Source: Candidatus Poribacteria bacterium
Lineage (GTDB): Bacteria; Poribacteria; WGA-4E; WGA-3G
Direction: 5' to 3'
Assembly (NCBI GenBank): GCA_965198235.1
Contig: OZ240248.1
Location: 3,648,001-3,712,000, forward strand
DNA length: 64,000 bases
The translations under genes were made by a program, and so were the position numbers. The notes beneath the pieces were generated by a model. It did not search any database, was not told where the DNA came from, and saw only the letters and a list, made by a program, of their open reading frames with translations. Below are positions 1 to 9,809 of this stretch, in pieces (the stretch's first letter is position 1; the number at the start of each line of letters is the position of its first letter).

Positions 1-1111
1 TGCTGGTTCGCAGAGTTATCTGTTGGCAGGCTCCTTCGTCCGGTTTCTTGTTGATACCTACGGTATAGAAAAATTTAAGGGTGTTTTTCCGACCGGCAAT
101 TTTGTGCAACACTACTCGAAGGATCTGCTTGCTTTGGAAGCCGAATGGATTAAATTTTTGGAAACCGTTCCATTGCGAGACGAGGATGTCGTCTACGCGA
201 CATACCGTTTAAAGCGAGGAAGTGTTTTTGAACAGGTCTGTGCCCATGAAATGGCAGCATTACGAGATACCGCTTGGCAGGCATATTACCGCAAAGATTT
301 TGCCACCGCTATGGAGACTTTTGAGACAATACTATCAGATGAACCGGACAATTTGAGCACACTGTGGGGTTTGATGTACACTGCATATCGAATGGAGGAT
401 TATGATAAAGCATTATCGTTAGCGACCGATATTACCAACAAGGAAGACACGCGATTCAGCCCAGAAGCAATGCTATTGAAGGGTGACATTTATTGGCTGA
501 AAGGTGAATATGAACACGCGATAAATGCATACGCAGCGGTCAAAACGGAGTATGAAACAATTAATCGAAGGCGAATCAAGCGGATTGCAGCACTCTCTTA
601 TCCGGATGTAGTTCCAGTGGGGTGGGATACCCAGTTGAACGGGACAGTACGAGAAAATAGGTCTCTACGAGAATTACTCCGTGTGGTGTTAGTCGAGCCC
701 AAAAATTCTGGGGAAAAGATGGCATATCTATCGATGTGTATGCAAACAGAACCTGATATGTGGTTGGCGTATCTCTTAGCGGGCGAATTGCTTCATGGAG
801 AAGACGCGTGGCAAAGTAGTAATCAGTACCTGCGCCGGGCGGTAGCACGCTTGCAAGAGAAGGCACAGGCATCGGATAAGGGTTTCCCCGAGACACCATC
901 GTTAGTGCAATTGACACCGCAACAACACCAAAATCTTGCGTTAGAGACATGGAGGACGATGGGCATCAATGCCTATCATCAGAGAGATTATGAGACTGCC
1001 CAAAATGCGTTCCGGTCAATAGCGGAGAACACAGCACTTCCGATGGGAGTCGTGCTTTCATCACGTGACTGGATGCAACGGTGTCAATGGGCACAAAGCC
1101 ACACACCTTGA
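1..1111 (+). CDS. TPR-repeat protein with tail of a peptidase MA-like domain (5' partial; begins upstream of window)
   Basis: AGSFVRFLVDTYGIEKF resembles the C-terminal motif of peptidase_MA-like domains; several TPR-like helical repeats follow (e.g. AMLLKGDIYWLKGEYEHAINAY). Confidence 0.6.
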   Translation, partial: AGSQSYLLAGSFVRFLVDTYGIEKFKGVFPTGNFVQHYSKDLLALEAEWIKFLETVPLRDEDVVYATYRLKRGSVFEQVCAHEMAALRDTAWQAYYRKDFATAMETFETILSDEPDNLSTLWGLMYTAYRMEDYDKALSLATDITNKEDTRFSPEAMLLKGDIYWLKGEYEHAINAYAAVKTEYETINRRRIKRIAALSYPDVVPVGWDTQLNGTVRENRSLRELLRVVLVEPKNSGEKMAYLSMCMQTEPDMWLAYLLAGELLHGEDAWQSSNQYLRRAVARLQEKAQASDKGFPETPSLVQLTPQQHQNLALETWRTMGINAYHQRDYETAQNAFRSIAENTALPMGVVLSSRDWMQRCQWAQSHTP

Positions 1112-1301
1112 ACTTTGTTAACGTTTCTGTCTGCGTTATTGCGATACTTATTGATGAAAAACCGTGTTGACGGACGGATTAACTTCGTAATATAATATAA
1201 GTATGGCTTAGGCTATCGTACTGTTGCTGAAGCAATCCAATATCGATTTGAGTGAGTCTGCTGGTAAGCGGCTTTATTCTGTAAACTTATAAGGACTGAC
1301 T

Positions 1302-3221
1302 ATGAAACTTTTTGTGCCGGGAAGAATTTGCCTGTTCGGAGAACACAGCGATTGGGCAGGTGGACACCGGCGAAGTAACGCAGAGCTCGAAAGGGGCTAT
1401 ACGTTAATAACAAGCACAAACCAAGGTGTATACGCCGAGGTTAAACCGCATCCGAACCGTCTGATTTTGAAGACGACCCTCAGCGATGGGACACGCCACG
1501 GTCCCTATAGTTTGCCTATGGAGCGAAGTGCGCTTCTCGCCGAAGCTGAAAAAGGCGAATTTTTTAGTTATGCTGCCGGGGTCGCCTATGAAATTTTAAC
1601 GAACTACCGGGTGCAAGGATTAGAAATAGACAACTATCTCACTGATTTGCCTGTCAAAAAGGGGTTATCTTCGAGTGCCGCTATCAGTGTTCTCGTCGCG
1701 CGCGCCTTCAACCGTACCTATGATCTTAAATTGACAACGCGCGGAGAAATGGAGTACGCCTACCGGGGTGAGACGACAACGCCTTCACGTTGTGGACGAA
1801 TGGACCAAGGGTGTGCATACCAACGTCCTATCCTCATGACGTTCGATGGCGACCATATTGATGTCCGAGAATTCAGTGTGCCTCACGACATGTACCTTGT
1901 AATTGTTGATCTCGGTGCCAGTAAAGATACACGTCTTATATTGAGCCAATTAAATCACTGTTATCCATTTGCGGAGAACGAATTAGAAAAGAACGTGCAA
2001 CACTATCTCGGTCCGTTGAGTGCAGAGGTTACGCAACAAGCGTATCAGGCACTCCGCGATGGCGATGCAGAGGCAGTCGGTAAACTTATGACGCGAGCGC
2101 AAACAGAGTTCGACAATCATTTGATACCTGCATGTCCATCACAATTGACGGCACCTATTCTCCACGAAGTCCTGAATTATGAACCGATTCAACCGTATAT
2201 CTGGGGCGGTAAAGGTGTGGGTTCGCAAGGCGACGGTTCCGCGCAATTCATTGTAAAAGATGAGGAAAGCCAACAGCGGGTCATCGAGATTATCGAACGG
2301 GATTTGCAGATGTCGTGCCTGAAACTGGTTATTGAGGCGGGTAGGCATGTCCGCAAAGCAGTTATTCCTGCCGCTGGCTTCGGCACGCGACTATTTCCAG
2401 CGTCAAAGGCGATGAAGAAGGAACTCTTTCCTGTGATTGACAAGTCTGGACGCGCCAAACCAGCAATTATGGCAATCGTTGAGGAAGCGATCAACGCTGG
2501 CATTGAAGACGTCTGCCTTATCGTGCAGCCCGGAGATACGGAGCTTTTTGAGTCATTTTTCAAAACACCGCCGCGGATTGAACACTATAACAAACTCAGC
2601 AAGGAGAACAAGGCGTATTGCGACGCTCTGCTGGAATTAGGAAGTCGAGTGACATTCGTCACACAAGACGTTCAAGAGGGTTTCGGACATGCTGTCTATT
2701 GTGCGAGAGAATGGGTTGGGAACGAGCCGTTTCTGCTTATGCTCGGTGACCATCTCTACGGTTCAGATGAGGAGAAATGTTGTGCACGACAGGTCGTAGA
2801 GGCTTATGAGCAGGTAGGTCATAGTGTCGTCGGACTGAAAGTTACACCGATTGAGCAGTTATCGAACTTCGGTTGTGTTACCGGTACGTGGAGAGAGGAG
2901 AACTCCCTGCTTTCACTGACGGAGATTTATGAAAAGCCGGATCCTGAGTATGCAATGGAACATTTGCACGTAGATGGGATGGATATAGACCAGTTCTTGA
3001 CGGTGTTCGGCATCTATGTGCTTCAACCTCAGATTTTCGAGTTTCTGGAACGAAATATCACCCATAATCTCCGGGAGCGCGGCGAATTCCAACTTACGTC
3101 CTGTTTAGACGAATTACGGAAGGCAGATGGATTTTCAGGGTATGTTGTCAAAGGGAGACGGTTTGACATCGGTCTTCCTGAGGAGTATCGGCAAACGGTT
3201 ATTGAGTTCATGGGGGCTTAG
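1302..3221 (+). CDS. Bifunctional GHMP sugar kinase / GalU-like sugar-1-phosphate nucleotidyltransferase
   Basis: N-terminal PGRICLFGEHSD and PVKKGLSSSAA (GHMP kinase); C-terminal KAVIPAAGFGTRLFPASKAMKKEL, GFGHAV, LGDH, EKP (NTP transferase); RBS AAGGA. Confidence 0.9.
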   Translation: MKLFVPGRICLFGEHSDWAGGHRRSNAELERGYTLITSTNQGVYAEVKPHPNRLILKTTLSDGTRHGPYSLPMERSALLAEAEKGEFFSYAAGVAYEILTNYRVQGLEIDNYLTDLPVKKGLSSSAAISVLVARAFNRTYDLKLTTRGEMEYAYRGETTTPSRCGRMDQGCAYQRPILMTFDGDHIDVREFSVPHDMYLVIVDLGASKDTRLILSQLNHCYPFAENELEKNVQHYLGPLSAEVTQQAYQALRDGDAEAVGKLMTRAQTEFDNHLIPACPSQLTAPILHEVLNYEPIQPYIWGGKGVGSQGDGSAQFIVKDEESQQRVIEIIERDLQMSCLKLVIEAGRHVRKAVIPAAGFGTRLFPASKAMKKELFPVIDKSGRAKPAIMAIVEEAINAGIEDVCLIVQPGDTELFESFFKTPPRIEHYNKLSKENKAYCDALLELGSRVTFVTQDVQEGFGHAVYCAREWVGNEPFLLMLGDHLYGSDEEKCCARQVVEAYEQVGHSVVGLKVTPIEQLSNFGCVTGTWREENSLLSLTEIYEKPDPEYAMEHLHVDGMDIDQFLTVFGIYVLQPQIFEFLERNITHNLRERGEFQLTSCLDELRKADGFSGYVVKGRRFDIGLPEEYRQTVIEFMGA

Positions 3222-3416
3222 GGAATGGTTGTCAGTTTGCCTGCTACGCAGACTTTCAGTTTTCAGTTGTTGGAAAGTTTTAAAGTGCCTAAAGTGTTCT
3301 AAAGTTTTAAAGTACCTAAAGTTGAGGAGAAACCTCTTTCAACTTCCCAACTTTCGCACACTTGCAAACTTCCTGACCATTGACGGAACCTTCTTGTAAC
3401 TGAGAACTGACAACTA

Positions 3417-6400
3417 TTAAGGAATTTTGACAGCAACGATTGTCATATCGTCGTATTGTTCTGCTTCGCCGACGAAGCTATGGACATCCTCAACGATGCT
3501 TTGAATTACTTCCGTTGCCGTGAAATTATCAGGAATTTTTGAAACGGAATCCTTTAAACGTTCCGTTCCATACATCTCTTCGTCTATATCGAGTGCCTCA
3601 ATCAGACCATCCGTATGAAAAATTAGGATATCACCCTCATTTAAATCGAAGGTGACGGACTCATACTGTACCTTTTTCATACTGCCAAGTGGGAGGTCAC
3701 TGCTTTCAATTTCAATGATCTCGGCACCTCGCTTGAGCACAGGATAGGGTTGTCCCCCATTGGCATAGTCAATCCGTTTTTTGCCTTCGTCAAGGACGGC
3801 AAGGTTGAGCGCGATGAAACTCGGTCCGTACATGCGTGGGGCTAACCCTGAATTGAGATCGGTGAGAATGACGTCCGCCTCCGATTTGAAACGCGAGACT
3901 TCGTATAACATCCCGTTCGTCAGCACGGCATTCATTGCGCCTCGTAACCCTTTTCCGGCAGCGTCTGCCACCGCGATGGCGGTCTGTCCATTCGCTACAG
4001 TGAGATAATCGTAGAAGTCGCCGCCGACCTGCGTTGCGGGTACCGACATCCCTGCGACATCAAACCCTTTCGTATCAGGTGCTTCGGTTGGCAGAAGTCC
4101 CATCTGAATATTCTGCGCTTCGCTCAACTCAGCACGGATACGCTGCATCTCCGCTTCTTCCCTTTGACGTACCTCGTTACGCAGTTGTAGGGTATGTCGT
4201 CGGTTTGCAACCAGACGCCCAATCAGAGTGAGGACGACGGTCATAAAGATGAGTGTCGGGAGATATGTCCGCCAACGCGTCCAGAGGGGTGGCGAAATAC
4301 TGAAATCCACTACTGCCGGGGTCTGCGTGTAGGGCCAGTCTTTACGAAATGCCTTGACGAGGAAACTGTAATTACCCGCTTTGAGTCCTGTATATCGGAT
4401 ACGCAGAATCCCGTTTTGGTTTTGAAGTTCTTGGACAATGCCACTGTCACGCATAGGTTGTTGCATTGTTGATCTGGATGCAGCGGAAGGTGTCCACTCG
4501 TCGGATGGAGCCCCAGAACCTGTTGCCAGAAGAGAGAATTCCTCTGCCGAAACATTCATCCATGCAGGGGTGTCCAGCCCGATTAATTTAAATCGATAAG
4601 AGAGCCCTTCTCGGAGTGGACTGATACCTTGGATATTTAAGATCTTGGTTCCGCGCGAGGGTAGCGTTAAACTGGATGAAAGGTCGGTGTAAGTTTTATC
4701 AGATTCAAGGGCGGTCAGTCGACATTCTGGCAGTCCGCCACGCGTTGGTGTATATTGCGTGACACCTCCTTCGGTTGTAAACCAAATGTCTTTATTAGAA
4801 GATTCATGAATTTTCGAGATGTTGTTATGGGCGAGGCCGTCTTTTGTTGTGAGGTTATAAAAGGTTTCACCGTCATATCGGACAGTGCCACCGCCCCATG
4901 TGGCGAACCATATATTTCCGCGGCTATCCTCCATCACATCTTTCACGTTGTCAACGAGAAATCCATCCTCTTTTGTTGTATAGATCCTGGCTTTTTTCCC
5001 ATCATAGCGAACCGCCCCGCGAGATGTTGCTAACCAGAGGACTCCCTCTTGAGTGGTTAGAGAGTCTTGTAGTTCAGCAAGCTCAATGTCCTCAAGAGAA
5101 ATGAGTGATGTGCCGTGATATGTCTTGAGAGCATCTGAGAAGAGGAAAGTTATTCGGTTATTTTGCTGCATAGGATTTTTCCAAACAGCAATGGGGACAG
5201 AACTCGACTCCCCGTCGAGCAGAAGCAGTCTACCGAGTTCAGTGTCGCTCCAAAGTATCAATTTTCCAGTTGCCGCGTTAAAGAACCATTTGCTTCCTGA
5301 TGCGGTTTTTAACAGCATTGTCGCTTTAAGTGGAAGGGTTTCAGGTTTACTAAGGCGAGTTATAGACGTTGTAGCGTTAATTTCTTTCGGATAGCGCAGG
5401 ACCCTTCCGTTATTGAAGTGCACCCATAATCTGTCGTTTGGATCTCTGTACAAGTCGGTAATAGCGGCTGTGCCGAACTCTATTGGGGTTATTGAAGTAG
5501 GGGTAATGTTCGGACCGATTTCTTGAAAGAGAATCCTCTGAAAGCCGGTGTCTGTAAGCCATAATAACCCTGTTGCGTCCGCTTTGAAGAAGTGTCCTCC
5601 GAAAGCCATCCAAGTATGTTCTCCTTCGCGAATGAGGACATTAGTACTGGTATCTGAGCGTTCCCCGCCAGGACCGATTATTGTTTGGATGGGAATAGAA
5701 ACTTGACTGAATTTTCCATTTGCGTACCGAAAGAACGTATATCGTAATCGCGTGGAGTTACCGCTTACCCCTGGTTCGTCAATAAACCAGACGTGCCCAC
5801 CAACTTCAAATATTTTTTCGATTTCAGTTCGAAGTAACCGAACGCGCTCCGTGCTTCTGGAGTCAGTTTGGAGGTCGGGCGATGGATCATTTTGAACTGA
5901 ACTTACTCTGAAAATATGTGTGGTAAGTTCTTCCGATTCTGCATCATAACGTGCAACACCTCCTGGCACACTAAACCAGAGGTAACCTCGACTGTCCTCA
6001 AATATCATCCGTACCCTATTCGTGCCGAGTCCAGCGTGTGTACTAATAGCGGGTGTGGGGTCAAATGCTGTTACTCCATTGTCGTGTCCAAACCACAATT
6101 TACCGTCTATGGCTTCAAAAATCGTATGAATCCCCTCAACTCCAAGTCCACTATTGATACTATCTGGCATTGGGGTGAGGTCGGTGGCGTACTGATGCGC
6201 TCCACTTTCGTTGGTAAACCATAGATTTCCCCATGCATCCTCAAGTTCGAGAAACCCTGATAGGTTTCCGTGCCGAGAGCCGTCCCACCATCTTGTAGTC
6301 CGTCCATCGCTGAACCAGATTCGATCTTTCGTATCATTCCGAATTGATGCCAGCCTCTGAATTGATGCAGGCCTACTTCCCATGGATCCGCTGTATCCCC

Positions 6401-7292
6401 AAGCTAAAGGGAGGATTTGCTCAAATGCTTTCCCATCAAAACGTAAGAGAAGATTATAGCCACCGAACCAAAGGTCTCCAGAGGTGTCTTCACCTATTGT
6501 TTCAATTGCACTCACAGCGTTAAGGTTCGACAGGTCATAACGTGTGAATCCAACGTTTGGATGAATCCGCGGTGTTCCATCGTCCATTTTGTCACTTGTG
6601 TCATCACTATCCTCGATTTTTAAGGGGTCCTGTGCCCAACGATTTTCTCGAAAACTGAGTATGACACCGTGCTGCTGTTCTTCTCCATCGCTTCCGCCGA
6701 TCCAAATCGTTCCGTCTTCACTTTCAAAGATAACATTTATTGTCAAATCCGTTGAGCGGAGCATATCTTCACTTATAATTTCGTTTGGGTGTGCTTGTGG
6801 CAGGCGTTGGACTCCTGGGGGGATGTACTTCGTTAGTTGCTGGTTTTCACCGACCCATATATCGCCATGCTCGTCAACGATCAACGAATTACCTGTGCCG
6901 ATAAGATTAATCGAAGAACCATCAAACCAGCTTACCCGCCCTGAGTTTTCTGAACGAAAGTGCGTAAGAAACCAGATATGTCCCCATTTATCTTCAACGA
7001 TTTGTCGGGTCTGTCCGAGTAGAGCGCCTGGTCCTACGTTGGATGTGGGCGCGTTCTCAGAAGTGTCGAGAGATCCAATGTAGGATTCAAAACTGTTCCC
7101 ATCAAATCGACTCACTCCGCTCCGATCAGAACCAAACCACAGGGCACCCCGACTGTCCTGAAAAATGACAGGGACAACGGGACCTATCAATCCATCAGCA
7201 ACGGTGTAGGTATGGATCTGCTCAGACTCCGTCTCAACACAAACAAGGAGCGTAAAAAAGACTATACTGAAGATTAAAATGGAGTTTTTCAT
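3417..7292 (-). CDS. Membrane sensor: two-component beta-propeller repeats + Y_Y_Y domain + TM + SpoIIE/PP2C phosphatase
   Basis: Signal peptide; repeated EDSRGxLWF propeller motifs; YTGLKAGNYSFLVKA; TM helix; VGGDFYD, ADAAGKG, TDGLIE, DDMT PP2C motifs. Confidence 0.9.
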   Translation of the reverse strand: MKNSILIFSIVFFTLLVCVETESEQIHTYTVADGLIGPVVPVIFQDSRGALWFGSDRSGVSRFDGNSFESYIGSLDTSENAPTSNVGPGALLGQTRQIVEDKWGHIWFLTHFRSENSGRVSWFDGSSINLIGTGNSLIVDEHGDIWVGENQQLTKYIPPGVQRLPQAHPNEIISEDMLRSTDLTINVIFESEDGTIWIGGSDGEEQQHGVILSFRENRWAQDPLKIEDSDDTSDKMDDGTPRIHPNVGFTRYDLSNLNAVSAIETIGEDTSGDLWFGGYNLLLRFDGKAFEQILPLAWGYSGSMGSRPASIQRLASIRNDTKDRIWFSDGRTTRWWDGSRHGNLSGFLELEDAWGNLWFTNESGAHQYATDLTPMPDSINSGLGVEGIHTIFEAIDGKLWFGHDNGVTAFDPTPAISTHAGLGTNRVRMIFEDSRGYLWFSVPGGVARYDAESEELTTHIFRVSSVQNDPSPDLQTDSRSTERVRLLRTEIEKIFEVGGHVWFIDEPGVSGNSTRLRYTFFRYANGKFSQVSIPIQTIIGPGGERSDTSTNVLIREGEHTWMAFGGHFFKADATGLLWLTDTGFQRILFQEIGPNITPTSITPIEFGTAAITDLYRDPNDRLWVHFNNGRVLRYPKEINATTSITRLSKPETLPLKATMLLKTASGSKWFFNAATGKLILWSDTELGRLLLLDGESSSVPIAVWKNPMQQNNRITFLFSDALKTYHGTSLISLEDIELAELQDSLTTQEGVLWLATSRGAVRYDGKKARIYTTKEDGFLVDNVKDVMEDSRGNIWFATWGGGTVRYDGETFYNLTTKDGLAHNNISKIHESSNKDIWFTTEGGVTQYTPTRGGLPECRLTALESDKTYTDLSSSLTLPSRGTKILNIQGISPLREGLSYRFKLIGLDTPAWMNVSAEEFSLLATGSGAPSDEWTPSAASRSTMQQPMRDSGIVQELQNQNGILRIRYTGLKAGNYSFLVKAFRKDWPYTQTPAVVDFSISPPLWTRWRTYLPTLIFMTVVLTLIGRLVANRRHTLQLRNEVRQREEAEMQRIRAELSEAQNIQMGLLPTEAPDTKGFDVAGMSVPATQVGGDFYDYLTVANGQTAIAVADAAGKGLRGAMNAVLTNGMLYEVSRFKSEADVILTDLNSGLAPRMYGPSFIALNLAVLDEGKKRIDYANGGQPYPVLKRGAEIIEIESSDLPLGSMKKVQYESVTFDLNEGDILIFHTDGLIEALDIDEEMYGTERLKDSVSKIPDNFTATEVIQSIVEDVHSFVGEAEQYDDMTIVAVKIP

Positions 7293-7495
7293 TTTTTAAT
7301 TTATGGGCTTCTGGTCTGCTGCGTCCGTTGTCCTTGCAGGTTTTTGGTTAATTCTGGACTGGGTTTGGGAACGCGTGCGGCCTTGCAGAATGAAGAGTGA
7401 TGCAAGCCTGCATTCTCACTGCGAAGCAGGCGCAGGCGGTTCTTCAGCGAAGACCGGTATGCATCCAATCACTGGATTTAACGCTTTGCGAATTA

Positions 7496-8665
7496 TTAGA
7501 AAACGCGAATACGCGAAATTGCTTCCGCAATCACTGCGTCTGGATACGTAAGCGATATTCTAAAGTAGCCTTCGCTCCACTGCCCATATCCGAGACCTGG
7601 TGTTACCACAACCCCTGCTTCCTCAAGTAGGGCTGTCGCAAAGGCACGGCTTGAACCGTCGAAACGCGGAGGGACAGGTGCCCAAACATACATTGTCGCT
7701 TTCGGTTTATCAATTGCCCATCCGCTGTCTGTAAGAGCATCCACCACCATATCTCGGCGTTTTTGATAAACTGCATTTATTGCGGGTGTAATCTCGTCTG
7801 CTATTGAGAGTGCCTTTGCACCGGCGAATTGAAGTGAGCGGAGTGAACCGTTATCGATATTGTCTTTCACCACTTTGACTGCGCCAACAGCAGTTGGGTT
7901 GCCAACGACAAATCCCAATCGCCACCCTGTCATATTGAACGCTTTGCTTAATGAAAAAAACTCAACGGCTACTTCAGCGGCACCTTCTACTTGCAATATG
8001 CTTGGTGAGCGATAACCGTCGTAGGTGTTCTCGCTATAGGCGTTGTCGTGCGCTATAAGGATGTTATTTTGTCTACCGAACTCCACGGCACGCTCGAAAA
8101 AATCGAGGTCGGCAGTGGCTGTTGTCGGATTGTTTGGATAGTTGATCCAGAGGACTTTGGCAAGTCGTTTCACTTCATCAGGAATAGCGTCAAAGTCGAC
8201 ATAGAAATCGTTTTCTCGCAGAAGCGGGGCATAGTAAGTCGTCGCACTGGCAAAGACGTGTCCGATGTTGTAGGTAGGATAACCCGGACTCGCCGCTATA
8301 CCAATATCACCGGGATTGAGAATGCCGAGTGCCATTTTGACAATTGCGTCTTTACTACCGAGCGTTGTCACTACCTGATCATCGGATAACGTAATTCCGT
8401 AACGGTGTTGGTAAAAGTCGAGCACTGCCTGTGGGAAGTCGTCAACAGGGTTATCGCACCCGTAACGATGCCGGTCCGAGTCTTCAGGGTTTTGAATCGC
8501 GCTGCACAAAGTTCCGACGACTGGATCAGGGGTCGGAATATCCGGGTCACCGATGCCGAGGCTAATCACGTCGATGCCTCGTGCTTGTGCCGCCTGCATT
8601 TTTTGGCGCAAATCTACAAAAAGATAGGGTGGAAGTTTCTGTAACCGTTCTGCGATTGTAATCAT
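7496..8665 (-). CDS. dapL: LL-diaminopimelate aminotransferase (class I/II PLP aminotransferase)
   Basis: ISLGIGDPD, NYPNNPT, HDNAYSE, FSLSKAFNMTGWRLG; dapB nearby. Confidence 0.8.
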   Translation of the reverse strand: MITIAERLQKLPPYLFVDLRQKMQAAQARGIDVISLGIGDPDIPTPDPVVGTLCSAIQNPEDSDRHRYGCDNPVDDFPQAVLDFYQHRYGITLSDDQVVTTLGSKDAIVKMALGILNPGDIGIAASPGYPTYNIGHVFASATTYYAPLLRENDFYVDFDAIPDEVKRLAKVLWINYPNNPTTATADLDFFERAVEFGRQNNILIAHDNAYSENTYDGYRSPSILQVEGAAEVAVEFFSLSKAFNMTGWRLGFVVGNPTAVGAVKVVKDNIDNGSLRSLQFAGAKALSIADEITPAINAVYQKRRDMVVDALTDSGWAIDKPKATMYVWAPVPPRFDGSSRAFATALLEEAGVVVTPGLGYGQWSEGYFRISLTYPDAVIAEAISRIRVF

Positions 8666-8841
8666 ATTTTTAATTATGGGCTCCTGGGCATCACTCCTTG
8701 CGCAAGCCTATAAAGGCTTGCGGGACAATGTTTCGTGATGGTTTTTGGTTAATTTGAACAGAATTAGGACCACGGCGACAAAGGCCGGACGATAACATCT
8801 TAGGGAAGGTCGCGAGTTGGAGCTCGCTCCTCCACTGTTAA

Positions 8842-9585
8842 CTATTTAAGATGAAGAATTGACTGCTGGGTTTCGCTGAGGCTTTCCATAACATTTGGGC
8901 TGAAGTGCAAACCCTGACCCCCCCAATCTGGCATATAGCCGATGCTGTAGCAGTAATAGAGCGTCCGACGTGGTTTACCGGAAACATTGATAACAGACCC
9001 GTGTGTGAGTGCCTCCGTAAAAATAATAGCGTCCCCTGCTTTCGCTGGTATCGGTGTCAGCACAGGATTTTCATCGGGGTGGCCTCCCCAAGGCTTTGGG
9101 AAATTGCTCTTATGTGCCCCCGGTATGACAGCGAAACATCCGTCCTCCGCATCGCAATCCAGCATCGGAAAGACCGCTTTTGTTAAAGTTGATACCATCT
9201 CTCCGTTTTTGCAATGATATTGGCATTTCGGGATAATCGGTGTTCCGTGCATGTGCAACCCCGTATAGCCACCACCCCACCGGTAAATTGTGTAGGTATG
9301 ATTGAGCCGATACGGACCGCCGGTTACGCCTTGAATTACGTCCAGGACCTCCGGGATGTCGATCAGCCCATTGAGCACACTGTCCGCCTCCAAAATATTG
9401 GAGATGTAGAGTTCTTTCTCCGTTCGCTGGGTACCGAGGCACAGTGGTGATGGGTAGTCGTCCGGTGGCATATTCTCGTACTGATCTAACACAGCGTTAC
9501 ACGCGTCAACCACTGTTTCTGGAATAACACCCTTCAGGGCGATGAAGCCTTGCAGATCAAATAGATATTTTTGTTCGTCTGTCAT
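8842..9585 (-). CDS. Phytanoyl-CoA dioxygenase (PhyH) family protein
   Basis: EQKYLFDLQGF start, IPGAHK, KAGDAIIFTEALTHGS, RR motif. Confidence 0.85.
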   Translation of the reverse strand: MTDEQKYLFDLQGFIALKGVIPETVVDACNAVLDQYENMPPDDYPSPLCLGTQRTEKELYISNILEADSVLNGLIDIPEVLDVIQGVTGGPYRLNHTYTIYRWGGGYTGLHMHGTPIIPKCQYHCKNGEMVSTLTKAVFPMLDCDAEDGCFAVIPGAHKSNFPKPWGGHPDENPVLTPIPAKAGDAIIFTEALTHGSVINVSGKPRRTLYYCYSIGYMPDWGGQGLHFSPNVMESLSETQQSILHLK

Positions 9586-9809
9586 TTTTTTAACTCTCTT
9601 TAAGTTATTAGAATCTGGTCACCGTTCCACTTCGTTTCACGGTGGTTTTCGGTTAATTCCAACCGCCTCTGGGTTATAAAAGACTTCGGTGAATCCAATC
9701 TCAGTCTGGACTGTATCAGAAACCTGCCCGAAACATTGTCTCGCAGGTTTCCTCTATAGGAAACTTGCGCAAGGAAGGCAGTCCAGAGGCACATAGTTTA
9801 AAAAACTGT

